NCBI GenBank assembly: GCA_026392135.1
Contig: JAPLCR010000601.1
Span: 1 to 37,490 of the forward strand
Direction: 5' to 3'
Length of the DNA: 37,490 nt
Origin: Armatimonadota bacterium
GTDB taxonomy: Bacteria > Armatimonadota > Chthonomonadetes > Chthonomonadales > Chthonomonadaceae
Shown: positions 7,649-16,980 of the stretch, in pieces
Position numbering within the stretch: the first letter of the stretch is position 1
How the letters are laid out: each line of letters opens with the position of its first letter
Notes under the pieces: model-generated
The model's input: only the letters and a program-made list of their open reading frames with translations
Databases searched by the model: none
What the model was told of the DNA's origin: nothing
Program-made: the position numbers and the translations under genes

Positions 7649-8818
7649 ATGATGAAATTTGAGCGTATCCTCCTTGTGGTGCTGGATGGGGTAGGGGCGG
7701 GAGAGCTACCCGATGCGGATCTGTATGGTGACACAGGAAGCAATACGCTCTCTCACACGGCGGAGGCGGTGGGCGGTCTGTATTTGCCGACGATGGGGGC
7801 ATTGGGGCTAGGGAATATCACCTCTATACAGGGTGTGCCTCCGACTGATACGCCGAAAGCCTCTTGGGGCAAGATGCGTGAAGCTTCTCCGGGAAAGGAC
7901 ACCATTACTGGGCACTGGGAGATGGCGGGTGTCGTTTTACCTCGCCCCTTTCCGACCTACCCGCAGGGCTTTCCGCAAGAGGTACTCTCCGCCTTCGAGG
8001 AGGCGATTGGGACGAAGACGCTTGGAAACGTCGCCGCCTCCGGTACGGTTATACTCCAAGAGCTGGGTAACGAACACTGTAGAACGGGGTTTCCTATCGT
8101 CTACACCTCGGCAGACAGCGTGTTTCAGATTGCCATGCACGAGAGGATACTCCCCATTGACCGCCAGTATGAGATTTGCGCGATTGCACGGGAGATACTG
8201 CGAGGTACACACGAAGTTGGGCGCGTGATTTGCCGTCCGTTTATCGGTGAGCAGGGACACTTTAAGCGCACTGAGGCGCGGCGCGACTTTCCTGTTACTC
8301 CGCCGCCGACAGTTCTGACTGCGTTAATGGAATCGGGGCGGCACGTCCACGCCATTGGTAAGATATTTGAAATATTTCAGGGGCAGGGGGTATCTAGTTG
8401 GGCGCATACCACTAACAATAAAGCCCATATCAGTGCGCTAATGGAGGCAGTTCAGCACTCGCAGGGTTCTCTCCTTTTTGCCAACCTAGAGGATTTCGAT
8501 ATGCTGTATGGGCATCGGAACGACCCGCAAGGCATGGCGCAAGCGTTGGAGTATTGGGATTCGCAGCTTCCGCCGATTCTGGAGGCACTGCGCCCCACTG
8601 ATCTGCTACTCCTCACTGCCGACCACGGTAACGACCCGACCACTCCTTCTACTGACCATTCTCGTGAATATCCTTTCTTGCTCGCCTACTCCCCCTGTAT
8701 CGCACAAGGAATCTGCCTTGGTGAGAGAGAAACATATGCCGACATCTCTCAGACACTCCGCGCTAACTTCTCTCTGCCTAACGGTGCGTTCGGGAGAGAG
8801 TTCTTGAGCGAACTGTAG
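7649..8818 (+). CDS. deoB: phosphopentomutase
   Basis: 389 aa with an N-terminal LLVVLDGVGAGELPDADLYGDTGSNTL, then ITGHWEMAG, and a C-terminal metal site LLLTADHGNDPT. The length is typical for DeoB. Confidence 0.9.
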   Translation: MMKFERILLVVLDGVGAGELPDADLYGDTGSNTLSHTAEAVGGLYLPTMGALGLGNITSIQGVPPTDTPKASWGKMREASPGKDTITGHWEMAGVVLPRPFPTYPQGFPQEVLSAFEEAIGTKTLGNVAASGTVILQELGNEHCRTGFPIVYTSADSVFQIAMHERILPIDRQYEICAIAREILRGTHEVGRVICRPFIGEQGHFKRTEARRDFPVTPPPTVLTALMESGRHVHAIGKIFEIFQGQGVSSWAHTTNNKAHISALMEAVQHSQGSLLFANLEDFDMLYGHRNDPQGMAQALEYWDSQLPPILEALRPTDLLLLTADHGNDPTTPSTDHSREYPFLLAYSPCIAQGICLGERETYADISQTLRANFSLPNGAFGREFLSEL

Positions 8819-8824
8819 GTTTCT

Positions 8825-10177
8825 ATGCCCAATTCACCTAAAATATCACGACGCGACTTTACTACGAAGGCGACTGCCCTCGTAGCTACTACTGCCTTAC
8901 CTCAACTGAGCATTCGGGAGCGGGTTCGGGCGGTCACATTTGCTACCACTCCCGGTGCGTTAGACAACCCGTATAAGGGCTGGTGTCCCTATACCAACGC
9001 GGGCAAAATCCTGCAACCCTACTCTATGGTCTTTCGCTATGTGACGTGGCGAGAGCTGGAACCCCGCGAGGGCGACTACCGATTCACCGAGTGGGAGCGA
9101 AGAGATTGGGAGGAGCCTCTGGCAAAGGGGAAGCATATCGTCTTTCGCGTCCATGCGGACTATCCCGGACAGCCTGTCGCGATACCAGAGTGGCTTATCA
9201 AGCGCGGAGTGAAGATGACCCGCTATAAGGAGTATGGGGGTGGGCTTTGTCCCGACTACAATAACCCAATTTTTATGGATGCCATGGAGCGTTTGATAAC
9301 TGCTTTGGGGCGACGCTACGACGGACACCCTCGTGTTGCGTTCGTTCAGTTCGGTTTTTTAGGATTTTGGGGAGAGTGGCATACCTACCCTGTCAACAAT
9401 CTCTTCGCTTCTCCTGTCAATCAAGAGAGAGTGCTTGAAGCCGGACGACGTGCTTTTCCGAATACGATACTAATGAATCGTGACCCAGCGGGAGTAGCAG
9501 GCAAAAAGCGATGGCTTGGTTACTTCGACGATATGTTTCCGGAGGATACGGATGGTGCAGAGGAGTGGAAATTCCTGCCGAAAATGCGCGTTTCAGGACG
9601 CTCTGAGAACTGGAAGAGTCAGGCAATTGGGGGGGAGATGGTTCCTGACGCGGCGAAGAAGTGGTTGGGGGATGGATTCAACATTACGATGGAGCGCCTG
9701 GAGAACGCGCACTTCAGTTGGGTGGGACCCTACTGCCCTGCGATAGAGACAGATCCCTCTGAAACGTTTATCGCACGGAGCCAACAGATGGTGCGGCGCA
9801 TGGGGTACGACTTCGCGTGGAGCCAATTAGAGATACCGCCTATCTTAACAAGCGGTGTCCTGTTCCGCTTCACGTTGCGTGGTGAAAATAGAGGTGTCGC
9901 CCCCTTTTATCATCGTTGGAAGTTGGAGTTTGCGCTACTGGATAGAAACGGGAAGCCTGTAGTACGAATCCCACTTCGTACCGATATTCGCCAGTTCATG
10001 CCGGGTGCGATACGGATTGAAGAGGAGATACTCTGTTCGGCACCCATCGGTGACTATTCGTTAGCGATAGGTCTATGCGACCCCGCAACCAATCAGCCTG
10101 GGGTCAAGTTTGGGAATGACCTTCCTGTTGTGAAAAAGTGGACGGTTTTGACCGATGTTGAGGTGAAGACGGAGTAG
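8825..10177 (+). CDS. Tat-secreted glycoside-hydrolase-like protein (DUF4832-like)
   Basis: 450 aa. It has a twin-arginine signal (SRRDFTTKATALVATTAL), then LDNPYKGWCPY and FGFLGFWGEWH motifs. These are reminiscent of TIM-barrel glycosidase-like DUF4832 proteins. The family assignment is from memory only. Confidence 0.45.
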   Translation: MPNSPKISRRDFTTKATALVATTALPQLSIRERVRAVTFATTPGALDNPYKGWCPYTNAGKILQPYSMVFRYVTWRELEPREGDYRFTEWERRDWEEPLAKGKHIVFRVHADYPGQPVAIPEWLIKRGVKMTRYKEYGGGLCPDYNNPIFMDAMERLITALGRRYDGHPRVAFVQFGFLGFWGEWHTYPVNNLFASPVNQERVLEAGRRAFPNTILMNRDPAGVAGKKRWLGYFDDMFPEDTDGAEEWKFLPKMRVSGRSENWKSQAIGGEMVPDAAKKWLGDGFNITMERLENAHFSWVGPYCPAIETDPSETFIARSQQMVRRMGYDFAWSQLEIPPILTSGVLFRFTLRGENRGVAPFYHRWKLEFALLDRNGKPVVRIPLRTDIRQFMPGAIRIEEEILCSAPIGDYSLAIGLCDPATNQPGVKFGNDLPVVKKWTVLTDVEVKTE

Positions 10178-10197
10178 CGTCTGCCTATTAGGGTATA

Positions 10198-11760
10198 ATG
10201 CGTGAACTTCAAGATTTGCTTGACGAGAGAGGGTACAAGAGCGTGAGTAGTGCGGCAGTGACACCGAACCGTGAAGAGTTTCTCCAACGTGCTCAAGAGG
10301 GCAATCTTATTCCGGTCTATCGTGAGATACTGGCAGATAGGTTAACTCCTGTCTCCGCATTTGAGCGTCTGGTTGGGCACAGTCCGAATGGCGAGAATGG
10401 CTATGCCTTTCTGTTGGAGAGCGTGGAGGGAGGAGAGCGTATTGGGCGGTACTCATTTTTGGGTATTGACCCTGCGCTAGTATTTCGGACGAAAGGCAGA
10501 GAGGTAACGACTGTTGAGAATGGCGTAACGACATACAGCCAACTGGCAGAGGGAGAAGACCCTCTTACCCTTCTGCAATCTCTGATGAGCCGCTATCAGT
10601 ATGTGGAGACTCCGGGTCTACCCAAGTTTTCTGGTGGGGCAGTAGGCTTTTTTAGCTATGATGTGGTGCGCTTCTTTGAGGAGCTACCCGATACTAAGCC
10701 CGACGAACTCGAAACAGATGACTGTTGCTTTCTTTTTACGGACTCCCTTCTTATTTTTGACCACGTTCGCCACCGCCTGAAAGTTCTTTGTAACGCGCAT
10801 ATTACCGATGATGCTGATGCTGCCTACACCTCCGCGCTTCGCAAAATTGAAGCTCTCCTCACTGTTTTGAAAACACCTGTACCGCCTGCTCCTGCTTTTC
10901 ATCGCGACCCCGCACTCAATACACCGAAGTTTGAAGCCTGCTTTCCGCGTGAGGAGTATGAGAGAGCCGTTGAGAGGTGTAAAGAGTATATTCATGCGGG
11001 GGATGCGTTTCAAATTGTGCTATCGCAACGGTTCAAGGTGGAGTTTCAAGCCCCTGTTTTTGACCTGTACCGTGCCCTTCACTCGGTTAACCCTTCACCC
11101 TATATGTACTATCTCTCGTTGGGCGGACGCAAAATCGTGGGCAGCTCGCCTGAGATACTGGTGACGGTGGAGGACGAGGTGGTGCGGGTACGCCCCATTG
11201 CTGGGACGCGCTGGCGCGGCAAAACGCCGGAAGAAGACATCGCACTTGAAGCAGAGCTTCTCACCGACGAAAAAGAGCGTGCCGAGCATATCATGCTAGT
11301 AGACTTGGGGCGCAACGACATCGGCAGGGTATGCGAATTCGGTACGGTCTCTCTGGACGAACTAATGGTGATTGAACGCTACTCCCACGTTATGCACATC
11401 GTCTCGAACGTGACGGGAAGACTCGCAAAAGACAAGACCGCATACGACGTGCTACGTGCTAGTTTTCCGGCGGGAACCGTATCGGGTGCGCCGAAAGTCC
11501 GTGCTATGCAGATTATTGATGAGTTGGAGCGGGTGCGGCGCGGCTTCTATTCGGGAGCCGTAGGGTATTTCAGCTATACGGGTAATATGGATATGGCACT
11601 TGCAATACGCACAATGCTGGTGGAGGGAAGCACCGCCTACCTACAGGCGGGGGGCGGCATTGTAGCCGACTCTGTTCCTGCTTTGGAGTATCAGGAGTGC
11701 CTGAACAAAGCGGGGGCACTACGACAGGCGATTCAGGTGGCGGAAGAGGGTTTGGATTAA
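10198..11760 (+). CDS. trpE: anthranilate synthase component I
   Basis: 520 aa with LLESVEGGERIGRYSFLG (the Trp feedback site), GDAFQIVLSQRF, GTVSGAPKVRAMQIIDELE and RGFYSGAVGYF. Confidence 0.9.
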   Translation: MRELQDLLDERGYKSVSSAAVTPNREEFLQRAQEGNLIPVYREILADRLTPVSAFERLVGHSPNGENGYAFLLESVEGGERIGRYSFLGIDPALVFRTKGREVTTVENGVTTYSQLAEGEDPLTLLQSLMSRYQYVETPGLPKFSGGAVGFFSYDVVRFFEELPDTKPDELETDDCCFLFTDSLLIFDHVRHRLKVLCNAHITDDADAAYTSALRKIEALLTVLKTPVPPAPAFHRDPALNTPKFEACFPREEYERAVERCKEYIHAGDAFQIVLSQRFKVEFQAPVFDLYRALHSVNPSPYMYYLSLGGRKIVGSSPEILVTVEDEVVRVRPIAGTRWRGKTPEEDIALEAELLTDEKERAEHIMLVDLGRNDIGRVCEFGTVSLDELMVIERYSHVMHIVSNVTGRLAKDKTAYDVLRASFPAGTVSGAPKVRAMQIIDELERVRRGFYSGAVGYFSYTGNMDMALAIRTMLVEGSTAYLQAGGGIVADSVPALEYQECLNKAGALRQAIQVAEEGLD

Positions 11761-11793
11761 CGGAAACTTTAGTTTTTTGGAGCAAGAACCGAC

Positions 11794-12672
11794 ATGATTG
11801 CAGAACGAACACAACTCTCCCCTGAGACCGCGACGAAGTACGCTCTTGTTCAAGAGCTACTGCGCGAGATGGGGCAGGTAGTTATCGGATATTCGGGCGG
11901 AGTGGACAGCACGCTCGTCCTCAAAATCGCCCACGACGTTTTGGGTGATAACGCTATCGCCGTAACGGGCGACTCGGAGGCGTTTCCGCAGGGCGAAGTG
12001 GACGCGGCACTAACTGTCGCGGAGGAGATGGGCGTATCCGTAGTGCGTGTGCGAACGCACGAACTTGCCAACCCAAACTTCGCCATCAACACCCCTAATC
12101 GGTGCTACCACTGCAAAACGGAACTCTTTTCGGAGCTTCAGCAGGTCGCAGAAGAGCGCAACATCCGCTGGATAGCCGACGGCTCTCATGCGGAGGATGG
12201 TCGCCCCGGAGACCACCGCCCCGGCTTGAAGGCGGCGGAGGAGAGGGGAGTGCGTAGCCCCCTGCGCGAAGCTGGAATGACCAAAAGCGAAGTTCGCGAA
12301 CTCGCCCTCCACCTCGGAATCTCGAACTGGGATAAGCCCTCCTTCGCCTGCCTCTCCTCCCGCTTCCCCTATGGAACCCATATTACGGCAGAGTTGCTGG
12401 CGCAACTGGACGGGTGTGAGAAGTACCTGAAAGAGTTGGGCTTTCGGCAGTTTCGAGTGCGCCACCACGACACGGTAGCGCGTATTGAGGTGGAGCTACA
12501 CGACTTCCCGCGTGTGCTGGAACACCACGATATGATTTTTACCCGCTTCAAAGAGTTGGGCTATACCTATGTGACCCTCGATTTAGAGGGGTATCGCTCC
12601 GGTAAGATGAACGACACCCTGCAAAAGCCAGACGTGATTCGTCTCGCGGGTATCGCCGTACTACAGAGATAG
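11794..12672 (+). CDS. larE: PP-loop ATP-utilising sulfur transferase, LarE family
   Basis: 292 aa with the PP-loop GYSGGVDSTLV and the conserved Cys context FACLSSRFPYGTHIT. It is adjacent to larB. Confidence 0.75.
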   Translation: MIAERTQLSPETATKYALVQELLREMGQVVIGYSGGVDSTLVLKIAHDVLGDNAIAVTGDSEAFPQGEVDAALTVAEEMGVSVVRVRTHELANPNFAINTPNRCYHCKTELFSELQQVAEERNIRWIADGSHAEDGRPGDHRPGLKAAEERGVRSPLREAGMTKSEVRELALHLGISNWDKPSFACLSSRFPYGTHITAELLAQLDGCEKYLKELGFRQFRVRHHDTVARIEVELHDFPRVLEHHDMIFTRFKELGYTYVTLDLEGYRSGKMNDTLQKPDVIRLAGIAVLQR

Positions 12673-12679
12673 GGAACTG

Positions 12680-13438
12680 ATGGAAGTCGAAAAACTACGC
12701 GCCTTACTGGAACACGTTCAGAGCGGTGATACCTCCATTGACGAGGCACTCAACTCTCTGCGCTCCCTTCCGTTTGAAGACCTAGGCTTTGCAAAACTAG
12801 ACCACCACCGCGCCCTCCGCAACGGCTTCCCCGAAGTCATCTACTGCCCCGGTAAACGTATTGAGCATATCATCGCTATCGCACAGAGACTACTAGAACG
12901 AGCGCATAAGGTACTCGCAACTCGCGCTACACCTGACGTGGCGTTGGCGGTTCAAGAGGCGATACCCGGAACGCTCTACCACGAGGCGGCGCGTATTCTG
13001 GTAGTTCCGGGTACGCAATCAGCCAATAGGGAGCCACCTAAAACACGGGGAACGGTTCTTGTGGTTGCAGCGGGGACTGCCGATTTTTCAGTAGCAGAGG
13101 AGGCGGCGATAACCGCACAGGAGATGGGGAGTCCGGTAGAGCGTCTGTACGATGTGGGAGTAGCAGGTTTGCACCGCCTTCTTAGCCATCAGGCTCTGCT
13201 ATATGAGGCGAACGTGCTGATTGTTGTGGCGGGCATGGAGGGGGCATTGCCATCGGTTGTGGGAGGTTTGGTATCGCGTCCTATTATTGCAGTTCCTACT
13301 AGTGTGGGGTATGGCGCGAACTTTCATGGGTTAGCGGCACTTCTTACCATGCTGAATTCGTGTGCGACGGGGCTTGGCGTGGTGAATATAGACAACGGCT
13401 TTGGTGCGGGCTACCTTGCCCACCTGATAAATCAGTAG
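12680..13438 (+). CDS. larB: nickel-pincer cofactor biosynthesis protein LarB (PurE-like carboxylase/hydrolase)
   Basis: 252 aa with an N-terminal LDHHRALRNGFPEVIYCPGK and the PurE-like core VVAAGTADFSVAEEA...VVAGMEGALPSVVGG. Confidence 0.8.
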   Translation: MEVEKLRALLEHVQSGDTSIDEALNSLRSLPFEDLGFAKLDHHRALRNGFPEVIYCPGKRIEHIIAIAQRLLERAHKVLATRATPDVALAVQEAIPGTLYHEAARILVVPGTQSANREPPKTRGTVLVVAAGTADFSVAEEAAITAQEMGSPVERLYDVGVAGLHRLLSHQALLYEANVLIVVAGMEGALPSVVGGLVSRPIIAVPTSVGYGANFHGLAALLTMLNSCATGLGVVNIDNGFGAGYLAHLINQ

Positions 13439-13480
13439 CGTGCCTTCAGGTTCTGAAGCCAGAAGCAGTGAGGGGCTAGC

Positions 13481-14314
13481 ATGGCAACGAGCGAGGGATC
13501 TCTAACAAGAGAGCAGGTTAGTGAGTACCGTCAGAGTGGCTTTCTCATTCTAAGGGGCTTTTTCACCCCCGAAGAGGTTTTGGAGATTCGAGATGTGTTT
13601 ATGGCGCAAGCCGCAGAGGGAGTTGTGCCCAGCCTCTCCGATGTGATCCCCAACCTCCCGCCGGACGACCCTCTGTCTCGTTATCCTCGTATGTTGCACC
13701 CTCATCGTCACCTCAACCTGCCTGTCGGGGCGGTCTCCCTTCGTTATCTTCTGGATCCACGTATAGAGGGGGTTCTCTGTACTCTGCTTGAAGATGAGCC
13801 TATTGCCGCGCAGACCATGTTCTATTTTAAGCCTCCGGGCGCACGAGGGCAAGCCCTGCATCAGGATAACTTCTATCTGCGTGTGAAGCCGGGAGTCTGT
13901 CTAGGGGCATGGCTTGCGCTTGACGACGCAACCCCAGAGAACGGGGGTATCGTGGTGGTTCCAGAGTCGCACCGCTTAGACATTATCTGCCCGACCTCTG
14001 CCGACCTGACTCGCTCGTTTGTGACGGATAGAGTGATTGTTCCGAAAGAGTATGTTGAACTTCCTCTCCACCTTCACTCAGGCGATATGCTCTTTTTTCA
14101 TGGCAATCTGATTCACGGCTCCTATCCCAATGAGAGCCGAACACTGTTTCGCCGCGCCTTTATTTGCCACTACATTCCACGCCGTAGCCTTGAGGTTTCT
14201 CACTGGTTCAACCCCTTCTACACCTTTCAAGGGACGCAGGTTTCTGTGCAAGAGGCGGAGGGCGGAGGACCGTGCGGTGTAGTGCAGACGCGGACTGAGG
14301 CTTGGAACGGTTAG
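13481..14314 (+). CDS. phytanoyl-CoA dioxygenase (PhyH) family Fe(II)/2-oxoglutarate oxygenase
   Basis: 277 aa with an N-terminal GFLILRGFF, the HxD iron site in ALHQDNFY, and the distal His in FFHGNLIHGSYPN. Confidence 0.75.
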   Translation: MATSEGSLTREQVSEYRQSGFLILRGFFTPEEVLEIRDVFMAQAAEGVVPSLSDVIPNLPPDDPLSRYPRMLHPHRHLNLPVGAVSLRYLLDPRIEGVLCTLLEDEPIAAQTMFYFKPPGARGQALHQDNFYLRVKPGVCLGAWLALDDATPENGGIVVVPESHRLDIICPTSADLTRSFVTDRVIVPKEYVELPLHLHSGDMLFFHGNLIHGSYPNESRTLFRRAFICHYIPRRSLEVSHWFNPFYTFQGTQVSVQEAEGGGPCGVVQTRTEAWNG

Positions 14315-14344
14315 GCGGCTTTTGAAGTAGCGGGAAAAGTGAAC

Positions 14345-14374
14345 AGAGCCGCCCCTTGAAAAAGGGGAGGCTCT
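14345..14374. terminator. hairpin between convergent genes (PhyH and TlpA-like); probable terminator
   Basis: AGAGCCGCCCCTT-GAAA-AAGGGGAGGCTCT forms 12 bp with one mismatch. On the minus strand it is followed by a T-rich stretch (GTTCACTTTTCCC). Confidence 0.6.
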
Positions 14375-14395
14375 CACTACTCAAGGCACGAGTTG

Positions 14396-15520
14396 TTAGT
14401 TCTTTTTCTTTGTGTACTCGTCTAGCCGTTCGGTGAGTTCCTTCTTCAGCATCTCCTTGTCGGGATACTCGGAACCAGCAATAGCGGCAATCGCTTTCTG
14501 CTCTGTCTCGACGGCTTTGTCGTAGTCGCCCTTCTTGGCGTAGGCGGCGGCGAGCGTATCCATAATCGCGGGGTCTTTGCCTTTCGAGACTTCGACAGCG
14601 CGGGAAGCGATGTCAATCGCGAGGTCAATATCGCCGTGCGTGTATTTGCCTTTGGGGTCTACCATCGCCCATGCGAGCATATTCAAGCCCTGCGGAACGT
14701 CTTTGAATGCTTTGTCCGCTAGCTCCTTCGCAACAGCATTTGCCTTCTCGGAATCGCCCGATACCAGCAGTTGGAACTTTGTGGGGAGTAGGCGGTCTGC
14801 GAAATCGGGGAACTTCGCGATGACGGTGTCGACCATGTCTGCCGCTTCAAGGAACTTCTTCGCTTTTGCAAGAGCGGATACCTTGCCCATCGCCTCCTGA
14901 AGCGGGCGCATCTTTTTGGCTTGCTCTTCCTCTTTGGCTTGTTGTTCCGCCATCTGCTTTCGGTAGGCGGCAAAATCCCATGTCTTCGCGAGAACCTTTT
15001 CGATTACCGAGTCCATACCCACCATAGGATGACCAATCCAAGCGACTTTGCTGTTTTGGTCTATCACGAAAGCTGTAGGAATACCGTTCTGCCCTGCCGC
15101 CTTCATCCAGTCCGTTGCAACCGTGCCGTCGAGGTCATCGGTAGCGACGTTGTACGCCATTTTGTCGCCCATCTTCTCAACAAACTTGCTCACTTTGTCG
15201 AGGAAGGGGGACTTATCGCCGCCAGAGTTCTCCCAGACATCTACGCCGGTAAAGGTGACTTTGCCTGCATACTTTTTCGCGAGTTCTGTGAGGTGAGGGA
15301 TGCTCACTTTACAGGGGGCACACCATGTCGCCCAGAACTCTACAACGTATACTTTGCCTTTTGCAAACTTTGAGAAGGACTTGCCCTTCACCCAGTTGGC
15401 AACTTTTAGCGCGGGGGCGGGGTCGCCGACATTGAGCTTGCCTGCTTGAGCCGGATGAGCCAACAGGAGAGCGAGACTGGCTAACGCCAGCATTGAAAAC
15501 GGTTTTTTCACTGTCTTCAC
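14396..15520 (-). CDS. secreted TlpA/ResA-like thiol-disulfide oxidoreductase with a long helical (TPR-like) C-terminal domain
   Basis: 374 aa. It has a signal peptide (LALASLALLLAHPAQA) and a thioredoxin fold with FWATWCAPCK. The C-terminal ~180 aa are helical repeats (AAAYAKKGDYDKAVETEQKAI). Confidence 0.8.
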   Translation of the reverse strand: MKTVKKPFSMLALASLALLLAHPAQAGKLNVGDPAPALKVANWVKGKSFSKFAKGKVYVVEFWATWCAPCKVSIPHLTELAKKYAGKVTFTGVDVWENSGGDKSPFLDKVSKFVEKMGDKMAYNVATDDLDGTVATDWMKAAGQNGIPTAFVIDQNSKVAWIGHPMVGMDSVIEKVLAKTWDFAAYRKQMAEQQAKEEEQAKKMRPLQEAMGKVSALAKAKKFLEAADMVDTVIAKFPDFADRLLPTKFQLLVSGDSEKANAVAKELADKAFKDVPQGLNMLAWAMVDPKGKYTHGDIDLAIDIASRAVEVSKGKDPAIMDTLAAAYAKKGDYDKAVETEQKAIAAIAGSEYPDKEMLKKELTERLDEYTKKKN

Positions 15521-15652
15521 CTTTCTGATTTCTGCTTATAACCGATGTGTCAAATGGTCTATTGTGTCCCCCGTTTGCGATAGAGCCGGAATGGGCTTGC
15601 ATTAGGGGGTGTGTCATTATAGAGAAGTGTATTTTCTATAGTGAAGTATCAA

Positions 15653-15681
15653 ATCATACCACAAATGGGATACAATCGCAA
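15653..15681 (-). promoter_or_regulatory. candidate sigma70-type promoter for the TlpA-like gene
   Basis: On the minus strand: TTGCGA (15681-15676), a 17-nt spacer, then TATGAT (15658-15653). It lies in the 161-nt gap upstream of the gene. Confidence 0.3.
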
Positions 15682-16929
15682 CTATTCCGGCAGAGGAGTA
15701 CTCTCTAGCGGGTTGGTGGAGTGAGGGCGCGTTACGCTGTCGCCATAGCGCACACCGTTCTCTACAAAGCCTCCGTTTGATAAGTAGAAGCGTCCCTGCT
15801 TTGTTCCCGTAGCGTAGTCTTTACGCTCCGTCTTTCCGTGCGAGTCGTGGCTGAACTTGGCTTGTGTTAACTCTACCCATGTGCCTTCTTTTGTGCGTAC
15901 CCACTGTCTTCCAAACTCCGCCACGCGAAGCAACTGCCCGTTTGCCCCCCCAAAGTTCTCATTGAATGAGTAGAGACCTTTCAGGTAGTTACCGTCTTTG
16001 GGGGCGCGGAACCGCGCTATCAGTCCCCATTTTTGCGTCTCTGGAAAGTAGAAGTAGCCCGAATAGGTTGTGAAGCTACCTTCCGGTTGCGAATGGACAA
16101 GGAATCGGTACGTCTCACCTTGCTTCCATGAGTATACGAGATGGCTATGCCCTCCTGTTCCCTCGCCGCCAAAACTATCTGCGACGACGCTATCGCCCTT
16201 CGCAAGAAGCTTTACGCGATTCTCGTCCGGCACAAGGTCTCGCTTGTCTGGCTCCTTACCCGAATCCCATATTGAAAAGATAACGCGCCTCTCAGTGGGG
16301 CTATTTACCTGTATACCAAAGTAACCTCGCTGAAACCCGCACGCCATGTAGTACGACCAGAGCGGCACAGTGCGAACCGTCACCTCATTATAGAACCACT
16401 CCACCTGCGCCTCTTTGGGAATAGGGTAGGAGAGGTGAACAGAGGCGGCATTGCGTCGTTCTACAAGGCTGAAGTGGGCATTTTGTGTGGCGGTTCCGTT
16501 CATGTGCAGGGCTTTTAGGTTCGGAAACGCACCTCCACTCTTCTTAATCCCTTGCAACTCGATACGCTGGTAGCCCTTCTTTGAGATGGCAAACGCGCCG
16601 AAATCGACGCTCTGTTCTTCACCGCCGCCCTCAATGGTGCGCTCTTGCTTCTGCTTGCCTACTGTGAGGCGTAGAGTGGCGCGTTCTGCTTTGGGGAGAG
16701 TTGTGACGAGCGATAGGTGTAACTCTCCTACTGAGAGTTTGCCATACCAGACAATCTTCTGATGAACGTCTTTCCACTCCGTTACGCCGCTCTGCTCAGA
16801 GACGTTCACCGCCTCCGCATCTGGCTCGACATACGCGGTGAAGGCGGGAACCCGCAACTCCTGCGCCCTAGCAGTGAGCGTAGCTCCTGCGAATAAGAGC
16901 GTCCAGATTAACTTAACTCCCTGAATCAT
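15682..16929 (-). CDS. secreted DUF3472/DUF5077-like protein
   Basis: 415 aa. It has a signal peptide (LLFAGATLTARAQ) and a C-terminal half with FSIWDSG and GGEGTGGHS motifs. I associate these with DUF3472. The family call is from memory. Confidence 0.45.
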   Translation of the reverse strand: MIQGVKLIWTLLFAGATLTARAQELRVPAFTAYVEPDAEAVNVSEQSGVTEWKDVHQKIVWYGKLSVGELHLSLVTTLPKAERATLRLTVGKQKQERTIEGGGEEQSVDFGAFAISKKGYQRIELQGIKKSGGAFPNLKALHMNGTATQNAHFSLVERRNAASVHLSYPIPKEAQVEWFYNEVTVRTVPLWSYYMACGFQRGYFGIQVNSPTERRVIFSIWDSGKEPDKRDLVPDENRVKLLAKGDSVVADSFGGEGTGGHSHLVYSWKQGETYRFLVHSQPEGSFTTYSGYFYFPETQKWGLIARFRAPKDGNYLKGLYSFNENFGGANGQLLRVAEFGRQWVRTKEGTWVELTQAKFSHDSHGKTERKDYATGTKQGRFYLSNGGFVENGVRYGDSVTRPHSTNPLESTPLPE

Positions 16930-16980
16930 GTTTTTGTTTTCCTCACTATGACAGACGGGGTATTGGCGTTCAGGTTATCT

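Noticed and set aside
14577-15373. Plus-strand ORFs (14577-14900, 14921-15373, 15048-15296) antisense to the TlpA-like gene. Similar antisense ORFs lie in cdaA (23546-23992), larE (12010-12468), trpE, deoB and DUF1501 (36001-36459)
   Set aside because: All are nested in strongly supported genes on the opposite strand or in another frame. They are rich in Arg/Ser/Pro, as expected for out-of-frame GC-rich sequence, and they lack recognisable motifs.
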